Sequence record: OZ035849
Source: Escherichia phage vB_Eco_BGP
Reading direction: 5' to 3' (one strand)
DNA length: 64,000 nucleotides
Of this stretch, positions 32,920 to 43,803 are shown piece after piece. Made by a program: the position numbers and the translations under genes. Position 1 is the first letter of the stretch. The number at the start of each line of letters is the position of its first letter. The notes below the pieces were generated by a model that ran no database searches, was not told the origin of the DNA, and saw only the letters and a list, made by a program, of their open reading frames with translations.

Positions 32920-35016
32920 ATGATGGAACTAATTACAGAATTATTTGACGAAGATACTACTCTTCCGATTACAAACTTAAATCCAAAGAAGAAAATACCA
33001 CAAATTTTTTCAGTTCATGTTGATGATGCAATTGAACAACCAGGCTTTCGTTTATGTACCTATACATCTGGAGGTGATACTAATCGTGATTTAAAGATGG
33101 GCGATAAAATGATGCATATTGTTCCTTTTACATTAACCGCTAAAGGTTCAATTGCTAAATTGAAAGGTCTTGGTCCAAGCCCAATTAATTATATCAATTC
33201 GGTTTTTACTGTTGCAATGCAAACAATGCGTCAGTATAAAATTGATGCCTGTATGCTCCGTATTCTTAAGTCTAAAACTGCTGGTCAAGCTCGACAAATT
33301 CAAGTTATTGCTGATAGACTTATCCGTAGTCGTTCAGGTGGCAGATACGTCCTTCTTAAGGAACTCTGGGATTATGATAAAAAGTATGCATATATTCTTA
33401 TACATCGCAAAAATGTATCACTAGAAGACATTCCAGGGGTTCCGGAAATTAGTACCGAGCTCTTTACTAAAGTTGAATCGAAGGTCGGTGATGTTTATAT
33501 CAATAAAGATACTGGAGCTCAAGTAACTAAAAATGAGGCAATTGCAGCATCTATTGCACAAGAAAATGATAAACGTTCTGACCAAGCTGTAATCGTTAAA
33601 GTTAAAATTTCCCGTAGAGCAATTGCACAAAGTCAATCATTAGAGTCTTCTAGATTTGAAAGTGAATTATTCCAGAAGTATGAATCTACAGCAGCTAATT
33701 TTAATAAACCAGCTACTGCACCTTTAATTCCCGAAGCAGAAGAAATGAAAATTGGAATTAATTCATTAGCTTCTAAAACTAAGGCAGCAAAAATCATTGC
33801 CGAAGGAACTGCAGATGAACTTCATTATGACTATAAATTCTTTTCAAAAAGTGAGGTTAATGAAGTTTCTGAAAAAATTAAAGATGTAATTCTTAATGCG
33901 ATTAAAAATGAACCGACTACTTCAATAAAATGTTTAGAGAAATACGCAGCAGCTGTTAATCAATTATTTGAAGAATATAAAGATACTTGGCTTGATAAAC
34001 ATAATAAAACCCGTAAAGGACAGCCAGATGAAGTCTGGGAAGAAATAACTAAAAATTCCTGGAACGCGACAAAAACTAAATTCCTCAAAAGAATGATTTA
34101 TAGTTTCTCTGGAATTGGTGCAGGTCCAATGATTGATATTACTATTGCCCGTGATGGTTCTAAATATACTCCATCACAAAAGCGTGGCATTAGAGAGTAT
34201 TGCGGTTCAGGATATACTGACATCAATAATCTTCTTTTGGGTCGTTATGATCCAGAACGTTATGAAGTAATGAGTGAAAAAGAAATTGAAGCTGCTATAA
34301 CTAATTTAGATTCTGCTTTTGAAAATGGTGATCGTATACCAGAAGGCATTACAGTTTATCGTGCTCAAAGTATGACTGCTCCTATATACGAAGCACTAGT
34401 TAAAAATAAAGTATTCTATTTCAGAAATTTTGTATCTACTTCTTTAACTCCTATCATTTTTGGACGTTTTGGAATTACACATGCTGGTATTGGTCTTTTA
34501 GAACCAGAAGCTCGCAATGAATTAACAGTTGATAAAAATGAAGAAGGAATAACTATTAATCCAAACGAAATAAGAGCGTATAAAGAAAATCCTGAATACG
34601 TTAAAGTTCAAATAGGATGGGCAATTGATGGAGCTCATAAAGTTAATGTTGTATATCCAGGAAGTCTCGGAATAGCAACAGAAGCTGAAGTTATTCTACC
34701 GCGTGGATTGATGGTCAAAGTTAATAAAATAACTGATGCTTCTAATAATGACGGAACAACATCTAATAATACAAAACTCATTCAAGCTGAAGTTATGACC
34801 ACGGAAGAGCTCACCGAATCGGTAATCTATGATGGAGACCATTTAATGGAAACTGGTGAATTGGTTGCAATGACAGGTGATATTGAAATAGAAGACAGAG
34901 TTGACTTTGCATCATTTGTTTCATCAAACGTTAAACAGAAAGTAGAATCATCTCTTGGAATTATTGCGTCTTGCATAGATATTACAAACATGCCTTACAA
35001 GTTCGTTCAAGGATAA
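32920..35016 (+). CDS. alt: Alt, capsid-packaged ADP-ribosyltransferase
   Basis: 698 aa; ART motifs in order R (VYRAQSM), STS (FVSTSLT), E-x-E (ATEAEVILP); N-terminus MMELITELF...; T4 Alt is ~682 aa. Confidence 0.92.
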   Translation: MMELITELFDEDTTLPITNLNPKKKIPQIFSVHVDDAIEQPGFRLCTYTSGGDTNRDLKMGDKMMHIVPFTLTAKGSIAKLKGLGPSPINYINSVFTVAMQTMRQYKIDACMLRILKSKTAGQARQIQVIADRLIRSRSGGRYVLLKELWDYDKKYAYILIHRKNVSLEDIPGVPEISTELFTKVESKVGDVYINKDTGAQVTKNEAIAASIAQENDKRSDQAVIVKVKISRRAIAQSQSLESSRFESELFQKYESTAANFNKPATAPLIPEAEEMKIGINSLASKTKAAKIIAEGTADELHYDYKFFSKSEVNEVSEKIKDVILNAIKNEPTTSIKCLEKYAAAVNQLFEEYKDTWLDKHNKTRKGQPDEVWEEITKNSWNATKTKFLKRMIYSFSGIGAGPMIDITIARDGSKYTPSQKRGIREYCGSGYTDINNLLLGRYDPERYEVMSEKEIEAAITNLDSAFENGDRIPEGITVYRAQSMTAPIYEALVKNKVFYFRNFVSTSLTPIIFGRFGITHAGIGLLEPEARNELTVDKNEEGITINPNEIRAYKENPEYVKVQIGWAIDGAHKVNVVYPGSLGIATEAEVILPRGLMVKVNKITDASNNDGTTSNNTKLIQAEVMTTEELTESVIYDGDHLMETGELVAMTGDIEIEDRVDFASFVSSNVKQKVESSLGIIASCIDITNMPYKFVQG

Positions 35017-35019
35017 ATC

Positions 35020-35405
35020 ATGGAACTTATTACAGAATTATTTGACGGCGCTTCGGCGCCGGTTGTTAACTTAAATCCTAAGCATAAAATACCTCAAATT
35101 TTTGCTATTCAAGCCGGTGAAGAAAGCGTACTTCCTGGATTTAGATTTTGTACATACACCTCTGACGGTGATACAAATAAAACGTTAAACCAGGCGATAA
35201 AATGATGCATATCGTAATGATAGGTGTTAATGAGAAACTATCATTAGTTAAGCTTAAAAACTTGAGTGGAAATCCAATTGGTGTCATTAATGCTGTTTTT
35301 GATACTGCTCTTCAAACAATGAAACAGTATAAAATCGACGCATGCCTATTCCGCGTACTAAAAAGTTCAAAATGTAGTTTACAAGTCCCTCGTGTTGTGT
35401 TATAG
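35020..35405 (+). pseudogene. partial tandem duplicate of the alt N-terminus, split into two overlapping ORFs (61 and 67 aa)
   Basis: MELITELFDG...PGFRFCTYTSDGDTN and MMHIV...QTMKQYKIDACLFRVLKS parallel Alt residues 1-125; frames joined by ATGA overlap; 3' end runs into the promoter repeat. Confidence 0.6.
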
Positions 35406-35430
35406 TAGTCTTACTGACATAACATGAGGA
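35377..35430 (+). promoter_or_regulatory. early promoter cassette, copy 2 of the 54-bp exact repeat
   Basis: Identical to 21102-21155 over 54 nt (gtttacaagtccctcgtgttgtgttatagtagtcttactgacataacatgagga). Confidence 0.7.
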
Positions 35431-35437
35431 ACACAAA

Positions 35438-35728
35438 ATGAAATCTTCTTTACGCTTTTTAGGTCAAGAACTTGTAGTTGAAGGCGTTATTCCTGCTGAT
35501 AATGCTTTTAACGAAGCGGTTTACGATGAATTTATTAAAATTTTTGGAACAGATAAAAAGTTCGGAATTTTTCCTTCTGAAAATTTTTCAAAGCCAGAAC
35601 AGACTGAAAGTATTTTTCAGGGTGTAGTAACAGGTAAATTTGAGTCAGAAGCTCCGGTAAAAATTGAAGTTTATATTGAAGACAGTTTAGTTGCTTCAGT
35701 TTCTGCTTTCATTTCATTCCGCAAATAA
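35438..35728 (+). CDS. hypothetical protein
   Basis: 96 aa ORF driven by promoter cassette copy 2; followed by bidirectional terminator. Confidence 0.65.
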   Translation: MKSSLRFLGQELVVEGVIPADNAFNEAVYDEFIKIFGTDKKFGIFPSENFSKPEQTESIFQGVVTGKFESEAPVKIEVYIEDSLVASVSAFISFRK

Positions 35729-35734
35729 AAATAT

Positions 35735-35752
35735 GGGGACCGAAAGGTCCCC
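35735..35752. terminator. bidirectional GC hairpin terminator between the plus-strand early block and gene 54
   Basis: ggggaccgaaaggtcccc perfect hairpin with T-runs on both sides. Confidence 0.75.
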
Positions 35753-35756
35753 GTTG

Positions 35757-36722
35757 TTATATTGCTCCTAATATTTTACTTTGCGAATTGACAATTCCTG
35801 TCATAGTATTAATGTTTGAAATGCTTCCTGCAGTTCCACCTAATCTACTGAGTCGTGAAAGCGAATTAGATAGTCCAGTAACACCTCCACTATTTCCGAG
35901 AACGCTTTGAATACCATTTATAGCAGCAGATTCAAGCCATTCAAGCGCAGCTTGCCTATCAACTGCTCCAGCCTGCATCACTCTATACGCAAAAGTAACA
36001 TCAAATGTAGTTATTTGGTTATCTCCATCATATGATAGCTCAGGAGCGCTCACTGATATTGGAATGCATCCGGTGAACATCACCGCAGTATGAGGCAATC
36101 CATTGCGAGAATGAAGATTAACCTGAATATCTGCCTCGACATCTTGCGGCAAAGCACGTAGTCCAGTTACTGGGTCTTGAACAGAGTTAACCCAGTCTTG
36201 CATTGCACGATAGTTACAAGCTTCTGAATCCATTCTAAATGAAATAACCAAAGGGTCTAATTCTCTCCCAGTTATACGAATATTAGGAGAATTATAGTTC
36301 CAGTCAGTTTCATAGGATAATCTATTCTCTGGCATTTTTACAGAGTATATCATCAATCCAGATGAGTTATATGCCATGTTAAAGAAGTCAATTAAATATG
36401 TACCAACTGTAAATGAGCCTAATAAACTTTGAACTGTACGTTGACTCATGGCACCAATAAGATATTTACTAATCCCTGATTTTCTTATCAGTTTTTGTGT
36501 GCCAGCTGTAATTAGCGTGGTAATTCCCTGATTAATATCACCTTGAGTTAATCCTAACCAATTTGAATTTAGGCCCAAGTTATTATAAGAAAAGTTGCTA
36601 ATTGAACTTATCAACGAAGAGCTTTTAGTTGATGGAGTTGTTGCAAAAACGCAGCTAAACATATTATTACGTTGGAAATCTGCGTTTATTGCTTGATTAT
36701 TAAATTCCTCTAAAGAATACAT
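35757..36722 (-). CDS. 54: baseplate tail-tube initiator gp54
   Basis: 321 aa, MYSLEEFNNQAINADFQRNNMFSCVFATTPSTKSS..., as T4 gp54. Confidence 0.95.
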   Translation of the reverse strand: MYSLEEFNNQAINADFQRNNMFSCVFATTPSTKSSSLISSISNFSYNNLGLNSNWLGLTQGDINQGITTLITAGTQKLIRKSGISKYLIGAMSQRTVQSLLGSFTVGTYLIDFFNMAYNSSGLMIYSVKMPENRLSYETDWNYNSPNIRITGRELDPLVISFRMDSEACNYRAMQDWVNSVQDPVTGLRALPQDVEADIQVNLHSRNGLPHTAVMFTGCIPISVSAPELSYDGDNQITTFDVTFAYRVMQAGAVDRQAALEWLESAAINGIQSVLGNSGGVTGLSNSLSRLSRLGGTAGSISNINTMTGIVNSQSKILGAI

Positions 36723-37816
36723 TAAAAAGTCCCCGCATATAAAGAAGCACGGTTTAACGTGATAATTTCTCTCATAGTAATCTCGAGAGTAAATGTACTA
36801 GGGAGGTTTGGAGCAATAGCTAATCCGTTAAAGTTACCATTAGGTGTTTTATCAAATCTAATGCTCTGTATTTGGCATGGACCAAATATTTCCGTTTTTC
36901 CATCAAACTTAGATGTTGCACCAAAGTTTTTCACCATCCAAACTGTCGGGTTTGAAACTACAAGAACGTTCGTTAAACTTGCTGTCATTTTCTCAAATAG
37001 TGTTTTATTTTTAGCTGCGTCTTCCGGAGATAAAGGTTCAATTAATGTAGAACGATACCAATCATCTAAATACCCCTTTATTTCAGCAGCATATTGAGAT
37101 TTACCTGTTTCACCATAAGAAAAATAGTTAAAATACTGATAGATATTAATAATAGCCATTAAATCTTCTGTTGAACGTGGAGTCAAATCCCATGTAAACA
37201 CTTTAGTTCTATTTTCAGCACCACCGTACATACTTCTGGCTGTCGTATAAATCTGCTCATTATTATCAGCCATTATACCTTGTGTTATACTTTCCAGTGC
37301 CCCAAATACTGCAGTTGAAGCAACATTACTTAGCACACCAGTAGCAGTACCTCCGCCTCTACTGATAAGGCTTTCTTGAACATCATTAAATCTATGTGAT
37401 GATGTGTCAACATCAGATTTAGATCTCGGTAAAAGAATGTTTGCGACAGGAGCTTTACTTATTGTTCCTGAATTATTATTTGATATTAATCCATTTGATA
37501 GTTTTGATACTGTACTACTAATAGTGTTTCTAGCTGTACTTAAAATACTCGAAGATGAAGAAGAGTAGTTAGATCTCATCGATCTAAGACTTCCAGAATC
37601 CCTAGATGACATATTGTATGCAGTAAATAATAATCCATTCTTATATAGATCTGTTACCTGGAAGTCCCCTGTAGTGTCATTACCACTAGCACGCCCAGTT
37701 GGAAACTGGGCAGTGTATGTTTTAGTTACTACTTCTGATTTAGTGCTCTGTCCGGCTGAAATTTTCTCACCGGACTTTTTAATTAAATCAGTAGTTATTT
37801 CTTTAACAATTGCCAT
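36722..37816 (-). CDS. 48: baseplate tail-tube junction protein gp48
   Basis: 364 aa, same length as T4 gp48; synteny. Confidence 0.95.
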   Translation of the reverse strand: MAIVKEITTDLIKKSGEKISAGQSTKSEVVTKTYTAQFPTGRASGNDTTGDFQVTDLYKNGLLFTAYNMSSRDSGSLRSMRSNYSSSSSSILSTARNTISSTVSKLSNGLISNNNSGTISKAPVANILLPRSKSDVDTSSHRFNDVQESLISRGGGTATGVLSNVASTAVFGALESITQGIMADNNEQIYTTARSMYGGAENRTKVFTWDLTPRSTEDLMAIINIYQYFNYFSYGETGKSQYAAEIKGYLDDWYRSTLIEPLSPEDAAKNKTLFEKMTASLTNVLVVSNPTVWMVKNFGATSKFDGKTEIFGPCQIQSIRFDKTPNGNFNGLAIAPNLPSTFTLEITMREIITLNRASLYAGTF

Positions 37817-37824
37817 ATTATTCC

Positions 37825-39597
37825 TTAATTAACTCCAGTCGCATCAAATACACCAGGAGCAGTCGTGCTCGTTACGGGTGTCATATTATGAACGACAGTA
37901 TTTTTCTTAATAACATTATTAGTATTATTGATTGAAGGAGATGCTTGCTGAACAGGAGCTTGCTGTGCTTTGTTCTTTTCAATAACCTGGACCTGTTTCG
38001 CTTCTGGCGATTTAGCAGAAGTTTCAGGTTTGGCATTAGGCTGATTTTTCTTGAGCTCTTGATAAGTAGCATCAATTTTAGAAAATCTAGCAGCAAGTTC
38101 TTTTTTAACTGCCGGTGAATTGTTTAAATCCGGGTCATCCATCCGTTTTTTAAGGTCTTCATAGGCAGATTCAACAGATTTAACCGTTGAGTCTTTACTC
38201 ATATCAGCTGAATCAGCATATTTTTCAAAGCGAATCATTGCGGCACGGGCTTCATTAGCCTTCATTAAAGCATTTTTTCTTTCTTCAGGTGAAAGTTGCT
38301 TTAATTTTTCTTCTTCTGCTGCGCGTTCTTCGTCGGTAGTTAGTGCTTCTTTATTATCAACCCCACGAATCCAATTAGATGCACGAGTTTTCCAATTAGC
38401 AATTTTATCTAATCCTTTTGCTATCGGACCAAGGTCTCCGTTCATTCGTTTATCTTGATAATTTGCAACTTTTTCTTGGTCTTCTTTATTGAGAGATGCT
38501 CCAGTAGAATTTTGGAAATTTTCCAATGCTCTTCCTTCTACTTCATCAGCAGTATCCTTCATACCAGGAATGACTCGAAGAATTGCTGCAGATAATTTAG
38601 CCATACCTAATTGAATAAGCTCTCCTAAATTAAAAAGAACACTTCCAAGTCCTTCTATGATAGCTGTTGTCAATCCACCCCAATCTCCCGCTTCCCAAAG
38701 TTGTTTAATTTTATCAATAGAATCAAAGATGCTCTGTAATAAAGGACCCCATGTTCCGGTTTCGCTAGAGAATTTAGTAAAATCAGTACTATATAAATCC
38801 CAGGCTTTTGAAAATTTATCTGACCAGTATTTAAAATGAACCATCAACAGGTCTATTCCAACAACAACAGCCAATATCATTGCAGTCATTTTAGCAGCTT
38901 CAATAGCAGCACTGACGGTGTACTTAAATAGCATGCTTGATATTTTATCAGTAATTGAAATGGATTTCTTAAATCCAAAATCAACTGTCTTTGTTAATTT
39001 ATCTAAAGCTTGAGATAATTTTAAGTTAAATGCTTCTTTTTTCTGTTTTTCTTCTGGTGATTCTTGTTTGGGTTCAACTGGTTGAGGGGCAGGGAAAAAA
39101 TCAGCGTCAGGATCATTATTAACTGCTTCGGGAGCTGGTAATAAAGGACCCACAGATTCAGCAGTATCATCCTCAACGACTTTAACAGGAATAGCGCTTT
39201 CAACTGTGGCTAAACTAGTCCCAGTCTGTTGAATTCCAGCTGTCTGAATTTTTTGTTCTAATAAACTCGTTAATTTATCTAATTTGCTTCCGAGTGATTC
39301 ACCAATTTCTTTATTAATATTGTTGCCAATTTCGACAGTTTCAGCAATTAACTCAGAACCGGCAGTAGTATCACTCACTGCGCTTTCTACGTTATCAATT
39401 GCTCCAATTATTTCATTCGATTTTTCTTCGACAGTTTGAGCTATTAATTCAGAGGCAGCTTGAGCATCATCCAATTTCGTAGATATATCATTAAGTCCAG
39501 ATAAAGTATTAGAAGCGGATTTAGCCGCTTCCTGTGTTGGTTTATTATCTGAAATAACTTTTCTACGCATCGTTTGCATTTCTTGTGGCTTTTTCAT
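37825..39597 (-). CDS. 29: baseplate hub / tail length tape-measure protein gp29
   Basis: 590 aa, same length as T4 gp29; synteny. Confidence 0.95.
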   Translation of the reverse strand: MKKPQEMQTMRRKVISDNKPTQEAAKSASNTLSGLNDISTKLDDAQAASELIAQTVEEKSNEIIGAIDNVESAVSDTTAGSELIAETVEIGNNINKEIGESLGSKLDKLTSLLEQKIQTAGIQQTGTSLATVESAIPVKVVEDDTAESVGPLLPAPEAVNNDPDADFFPAPQPVEPKQESPEEKQKKEAFNLKLSQALDKLTKTVDFGFKKSISITDKISSMLFKYTVSAAIEAAKMTAMILAVVVGIDLLMVHFKYWSDKFSKAWDLYSTDFTKFSSETGTWGPLLQSIFDSIDKIKQLWEAGDWGGLTTAIIEGLGSVLFNLGELIQLGMAKLSAAILRVIPGMKDTADEVEGRALENFQNSTGASLNKEDQEKVANYQDKRMNGDLGPIAKGLDKIANWKTRASNWIRGVDNKEALTTDEERAAEEEKLKQLSPEERKNALMKANEARAAMIRFEKYADSADMSKDSTVKSVESAYEDLKKRMDDPDLNNSPAVKKELAARFSKIDATYQELKKNQPNAKPETSAKSPEAKQVQVIEKNKAQQAPVQQASPSINNTNNVIKKNTVVHNMTPVTSTTAPGVFDATGVN

Positions 39598-40127
39598 TCA
39601 AATAATCCAATAATATTGCCAATTCCAGTTATTGGACCATTAGGGCCAGGAATTGCTAAAGTTGTAAAAATATCATTTGCCCATTTTAAAACGAATGCTG
39701 GCATCTCAAGAAAATTAATTTCTTTAACTTCATCATTGACCTTAAGCAAGCATTTAGATAACATATCGCTCACCGTTAAAAATTGTTCAAATTTTCCAGG
39801 AGGTCTAAAATAAAATGTATTTCCTTGGTATTGAAATTCTAATCTTTGGCATACATAGACATCATTAATGTCATAAGTATAGCCATCTATTTCTTTACGA
39901 GATTTAATCTTTCCATTAAATTCCAATAAATGAATAGAAACGAAATCAACTTCTGCCGGTGATAAATTCGGACAAATAGAATCAATAAGAAGTTTTAAAT
40001 TTTCATCAGGACCTTTAACATCCTTTAAAATGTTATAATGTTTAAGACCCATTTTAGGAATAGAAACTTCTTTATTGCTTATTGGAAGAACTACTTTCTT
40101 CAGTGGTAGTATCAGATTTAAATTCAT
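39594..40127 (-). CDS. 28: baseplate hub distal subunit gp28
   Basis: 177 aa; synteny between 27 and 29. Confidence 0.9.
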   Translation of the reverse strand: MNLNLILPLKKVVLPISNKEVSIPKMGLKHYNILKDVKGPDENLKLLIDSICPNLSPAEVDFVSIHLLEFNGKIKSRKEIDGYTYDINDVYVCQRLEFQYQGNTFYFRPPGKFEQFLTVSDMLSKCLLKVNDEVKEINFLEMPAFVLKWANDIFTTLAIPGPNGPITGIGNIIGLFE

Positions 40128-41247
40128 TTTTAACCTTAACTGGGTCTATTGTTTCCAGTTTCGTTGCATTAGTGAACATATATAGATGAGTTACTGAATT
40201 ATTATTGGATAATTCATGGATAACTTCATCAACGTAAAATTCTGTTTTAAATTGGTTTTTACTATCATTAAAAATAATTTTAACACCAGGAGTCAAGTTA
40301 AAATTACCGACAGTAGAACATTTAGCATAGCCGTCATATTGCGCCATAGTTTGAAGACGAATAGCTTCTTCATAGCCATTCCTATAAGTCATTTCAGAAT
40401 AAGCACCTGACCTTGACACTACAATAGAGTTTTCGCCCTTTCCTGTAGTAATCATTGGCAATGAAGAATCTAAAAATGAATGAGCATAGATAGTAGCATT
40501 TTTCATTGGGTCACGTTTGTGAGGATTCGATTTAGTCAACCAAACGAAATCATATGCTAATGGATATTTTAATTCTTGGATGAATTGACCTATTAAAGAT
40601 GGCTCACCGACAATCATTGGATACGGTTCTTGATTTATCATCATATCATAGTCCATCATGTTAACTCCCATGATGTCTTGCCACACAAATACAAATTTGT
40701 CACTTCCTACAGCTAGAGCAACTTCCCTGACATACGACAAATAGTTTTCAAATGTGCTAGTCCATGGAATATCAGGAACATAAGCATTTATAGCATTTAT
40801 TGCTGGAGTTAATAACGTGCGATCCTGATAAATGACACCAAGCATTTCCTTTATAGATTCACCTGCATCAGAAAAAAACGGTCTGCCAAATTTAAGATTT
40901 TCTATAGAATGAATAGTTCCCAATTCAATAGCAATGATGTTATCACCCTTTGAATCTACTGACACTGAAAAATGCTTACATCCATAAATTCGTGTTTTAA
41001 CATTATTAATATCATTTGCATTAGCTACAGAAATCTGAATTATTTCATTTCCATCCATTTTTGTATGGATGTTTTTAGAATCATAAAACTGCAGCATTCC
41101 TTCATTTCGGCCATAAAGAGAATCCCGCATAGTTAATGTGGTAATAGTAGCAGCTAATTCAACAAATCTATTATTACTCCAAGCGTCGTAGCTATCAAAT
41201 AATTTAACGCTGAGATTTGGATATCCGGGGCGTTGCAACATACTCAT
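40072..41247 (-). CDS. 27: baseplate hub subunit gp27
   Basis: 391 aa, same length as T4 gp27. Confidence 0.95.
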   Translation of the reverse strand: MSMLQRPGYPNLSVKLFDSYDAWSNNRFVELAATITTLTMRDSLYGRNEGMLQFYDSKNIHTKMDGNEIIQISVANANDINNVKTRIYGCKHFSVSVDSKGDNIIAIELGTIHSIENLKFGRPFFSDAGESIKEMLGVIYQDRTLLTPAINAINAYVPDIPWTSTFENYLSYVREVALAVGSDKFVFVWQDIMGVNMMDYDMMINQEPYPMIVGEPSLIGQFIQELKYPLAYDFVWLTKSNPHKRDPMKNATIYAHSFLDSSLPMITTGKGENSIVVSRSGAYSEMTYRNGYEEAIRLQTMAQYDGYAKCSTVGNFNLTPGVKIIFNDSKNQFKTEFYVDEVIHELSNNNSVTHLYMFTNATKLETIDPVKVKNEFKSDTTTEESSSSNKQ

Positions 41248-41996
41248 TATTGTTTATCCTTCTCAATCAGTTTTAATACGAATCCGCGCTCGGCAGGAAT
41301 CATTTTCATTATTGAATTTAAGCTATAATTACTTTTTACGAGTGTGTGATTAATTTGATAAAAAGTAAATATTTCATCTGGGTTAACTAATAGCTTAAAC
41401 ACGTCTACTATATCAGTGTATTTTTTAATGTACTTATTACAGCATGACATATGTAGAGTTAAATTAATAGGATTCATTGCATCGAGAATTTTTTCTAATG
41501 TTTCTATCTCGATGGCATCAACAAGTTCTATTTGACTTGATTCGCTAATTTCCTTCCAATCATACCATATTTCATCTACTTGAACAGAATGAATATTTTC
41601 AGTAATCATCTTTGCTTTATTTTCATAAAACTCAGAAGGAAACTTTAATTTAATTTTAACATTAGCTACATCAAAAACAGGTTCCTTTAATTCTTTTTGA
41701 TATATTTCAAATGGAACTGTCTTTTCTTTTTTACATTTTGGACATACGAATGTGACTGGTACTTTTGTTTTACCTATTGACCCTACAAATACCTGCAAAA
41801 ATATAAATGGTTGCCAAGTCTTCGGATAGTCTCCAAAATAATCATCAATTAAATCAGTAATTATTTCTTTTTGTTCTTGTGGTGACCGATGTTCTATATC
41901 GTTTCGAACTAACAAAAAATCTCGATAATCTTCTACCGTAAATGGTTTAAAACGATGAACACCATCTGGTAATTTACAACGAATAATGTTTGCCAT
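41247..41996 (-). CDS. 51: baseplate hub assembly catalyst gp51
   Basis: 249 aa, same length as T4 gp51; Cys-rich segments. Confidence 0.93.
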   Translation of the reverse strand: MANIIRCKLPDGVHRFKPFTVEDYRDFLLVRNDIEHRSPQEQKEIITDLIDDYFGDYPKTWQPFIFLQVFVGSIGKTKVPVTFVCPKCKKEKTVPFEIYQKELKEPVFDVANVKIKLKFPSEFYENKAKMITENIHSVQVDEIWYDWKEISESSQIELVDAIEIETLEKILDAMNPINLTLHMSCCNKYIKKYTDIVDVFKLLVNPDEIFTFYQINHTLVKSNYSLNSIMKMIPAERGFVLKLIEKDKQ

Positions 41997-42013
41997 AGAT
42001 GCTCCTTTTATTC

Positions 42014-42025
42014 TATTTATAAATA
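42014..42025. promoter_or_regulatory. palindromic divergent late promoters (TATTTATAAATA) for genes 51 and 26
   Basis: 12-nt palindrome contains TATAAATA on both strands, placed ~18-22 nt upstream of each divergent ATG. Confidence 0.65.
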
Positions 42026-42046
42026 TGATAAATAAAGGAGCTAAAT

Positions 42047-42673
42047 ATGTATGAATACAAATTTGATGTGAGAGTTGGTTCTAAAATAATCAATTGTCGC
42101 GCATTCACGCTTAAAGAATATCTAGAACTTATTACTGCCAAAAATAATGGTTCTGTAGAAGTAATTGTTAAAAAGCTAATCAAAGACTGCACAAATGCAA
42201 AAGATTTAAACCGCCAAGAATCAGAACTACTGCTGATTCATTTATGGGCACATTCTCTCGGCGAAGTTAATCACGAAAACTCCTGGAAGTGCACCTGTGG
42301 AACTGAAATACCAACCCATATAAATCTATTACATACACAAATAGATGCATCAGAAGACCTCTGGTATACACTGGGTGACATTAAAATTAAATTCCGATAC
42401 CCTAAAATTTTTGATGATAAAAATATAGCCCATATGATAGTATCATGCATAGAAACGATTCACGCTAACGGGGAAAGCATTCCAGTTGAAGACTTAAATG
42501 AAAAAGAACTGGAAGATTTATATTCTATCATCACAGAGTCAGATATTGTAGCTATAAAAGATATGCTTTTAAAGCCTACCGTTTATTTGGCTGTTCCAAT
42601 TAAATGTCCAGAGTGTGGAAAAACCCATGCTCACGTAATAAGAGGCCTCAAAGAGTTCTTTGAGTTACTATAA
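42047..42673 (+). CDS. 26: baseplate hub subunit gp26
   Basis: 208 aa, same length as T4 gp26; SD AAGGAG. Confidence 0.93.
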   Translation: MYEYKFDVRVGSKIINCRAFTLKEYLELITAKNNGSVEVIVKKLIKDCTNAKDLNRQESELLLIHLWAHSLGEVNHENSWKCTCGTEIPTHINLLHTQIDASEDLWYTLGDIKIKFRYPKIFDDKNIAHMIVSCIETIHANGESIPVEDLNEKELEDLYSIITESDIVAIKDMLLKPTVYLAVPIKCPECGKTHAHVIRGLKEFFELL

Positions 42674-43071
42674 TGGCAAATATTAATAAGCTTTATTCTG
42701 ATATTGACCCGGAAATGAAAATGGATTGGAACAAAGATGTTTCCAGATCCCTTGGATTAAGGTCAATTAAAAATAGCCTTTTGGGAATTATTACAACCAG
42801 AAAAGGGTCGAGACCGTTTGACCCGGAATTTGGATGTGATTTATCTGACCAGCTTTTTGAGAATATGACTCCTCTTACTGCTGATACTGTTGAGCGTAAT
42901 ATTGAAAGCGCAGTAAGAAACTATGAGCCACGTATTGATAAATTATCAGTTAATGTGATACCAGTTTATGATGATTATACTCTGATAGTAGAAATACGCT
43001 TTTCAGTCATCGATAACCCTGATGATATTGAGCAGATAAAACTACAACTGGCTTCCAGTAACAGAGTATAA
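42673..43071 (+). CDS. 25: baseplate wedge protein gp25
   Basis: 132 aa, [54 protein letters not shown]..., as T4 gp25. Confidence 0.95.
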   Translation: MANINKLYSDIDPEMKMDWNKDVSRSLGLRSIKNSLLGIITTRKGSRPFDPEFGCDLSDQLFENMTPLTADTVERNIESAVRNYEPRIDKLSVNVIPVYDDYTLIVEIRFSVIDNPDDIEQIKLQLASSNRV

Positions 43072-43097
43072 TGCTTCACGTATAAACGTGGTATAAT
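43071..43097 (+). promoter_or_regulatory. middle promoter (MotA box ATGCTTCA plus TATAAT) for uvsY
   Basis: atgcttca at 43071-43078, 13-nt spacer, tataat at 43092-43097. Confidence 0.65.
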
Positions 43098-43137
43098 GAA
43101 TCTAAGTCCATCCAATAACAATTGAATAGAGAACAAT

Positions 43138-43551
43138 ATGAGATTAGAAGATCTTCAAGAAGAATTGAAGAAAGATGTGTTTATAGATTCGACTAAATTA
43201 CAGTATGAAGCAGCTAATAATGTGATGTTATATAGTAAATGGCTTAATAAGCATTCAAGTATTAAAAAGGAAATGCTTAGAATTGATGCACAGAAAAAAG
43301 TTGCTCTTAAAGCTAAATTAGACTACTACTCGGGACGAGGAGATGGTGATGAATTTAGTATGGATCGTTACGAGAAATCAGAAATGAAAACAGTTCTATC
43401 AGCTGATAAGGATGTTTTAAAGGTTGATACTTCATTGCAATATTGGGGAATTTTATTGGATTTCTGTAGCGGAGCTCTTGATGCTATTAAATCACGCGGA
43501 TTTGCTATTAAGCATATTCAAGACATGCGAGCATTTGAGGCTGGAAAATAA
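43138..43551 (+). CDS. uvsY: recombination mediator UvsY
   Basis: 137 aa, MRLEDLQEELKKDVFIDSTKLQYEAANNVMLYSKWLNKH..., as T4 UvsY. Confidence 0.95.
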   Translation: MRLEDLQEELKKDVFIDSTKLQYEAANNVMLYSKWLNKHSSIKKEMLRIDAQKKVALKAKLDYYSGRGDGDEFSMDRYEKSEMKTVLSADKDVLKVDTSLQYWGILLDFCSGALDAIKSRGFAIKHIQDMRAFEAGK

Positions 43552-43775
43552 TGAGATATAGCATTGATGATGCTTTTAATTATGAAGAAGAATTTGAAAC
43601 GGAAATTCAATTCTTAATGAAAAAGCATAATCTTAAGCGTCAGGATATTCGTATCCTGGCCGACCACCCGTGCGGTGAAGATGTCCTTTATATTAAAGGA
43701 AAATTTGCCGGATATCTTGATGAATATTTTTATTCTAAAGATATGGGCATTGATATGCATATGAGAGTTGTATAA
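43551..43775 (+). CDS. hypothetical protein (uvsY.-1-like)
   Basis: 74 aa ORF, ATGA overlap with uvsY stop. Confidence 0.7.
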   Translation: MRYSIDDAFNYEEEFETEIQFLMKKHNLKRQDIRILADHPCGEDVLYIKGKFAGYLDEYFYSKDMGIDMHMRVV

Positions 43776-43803
43776 ATAGATATATAATTCAGAGGAGACA
43801 ATC

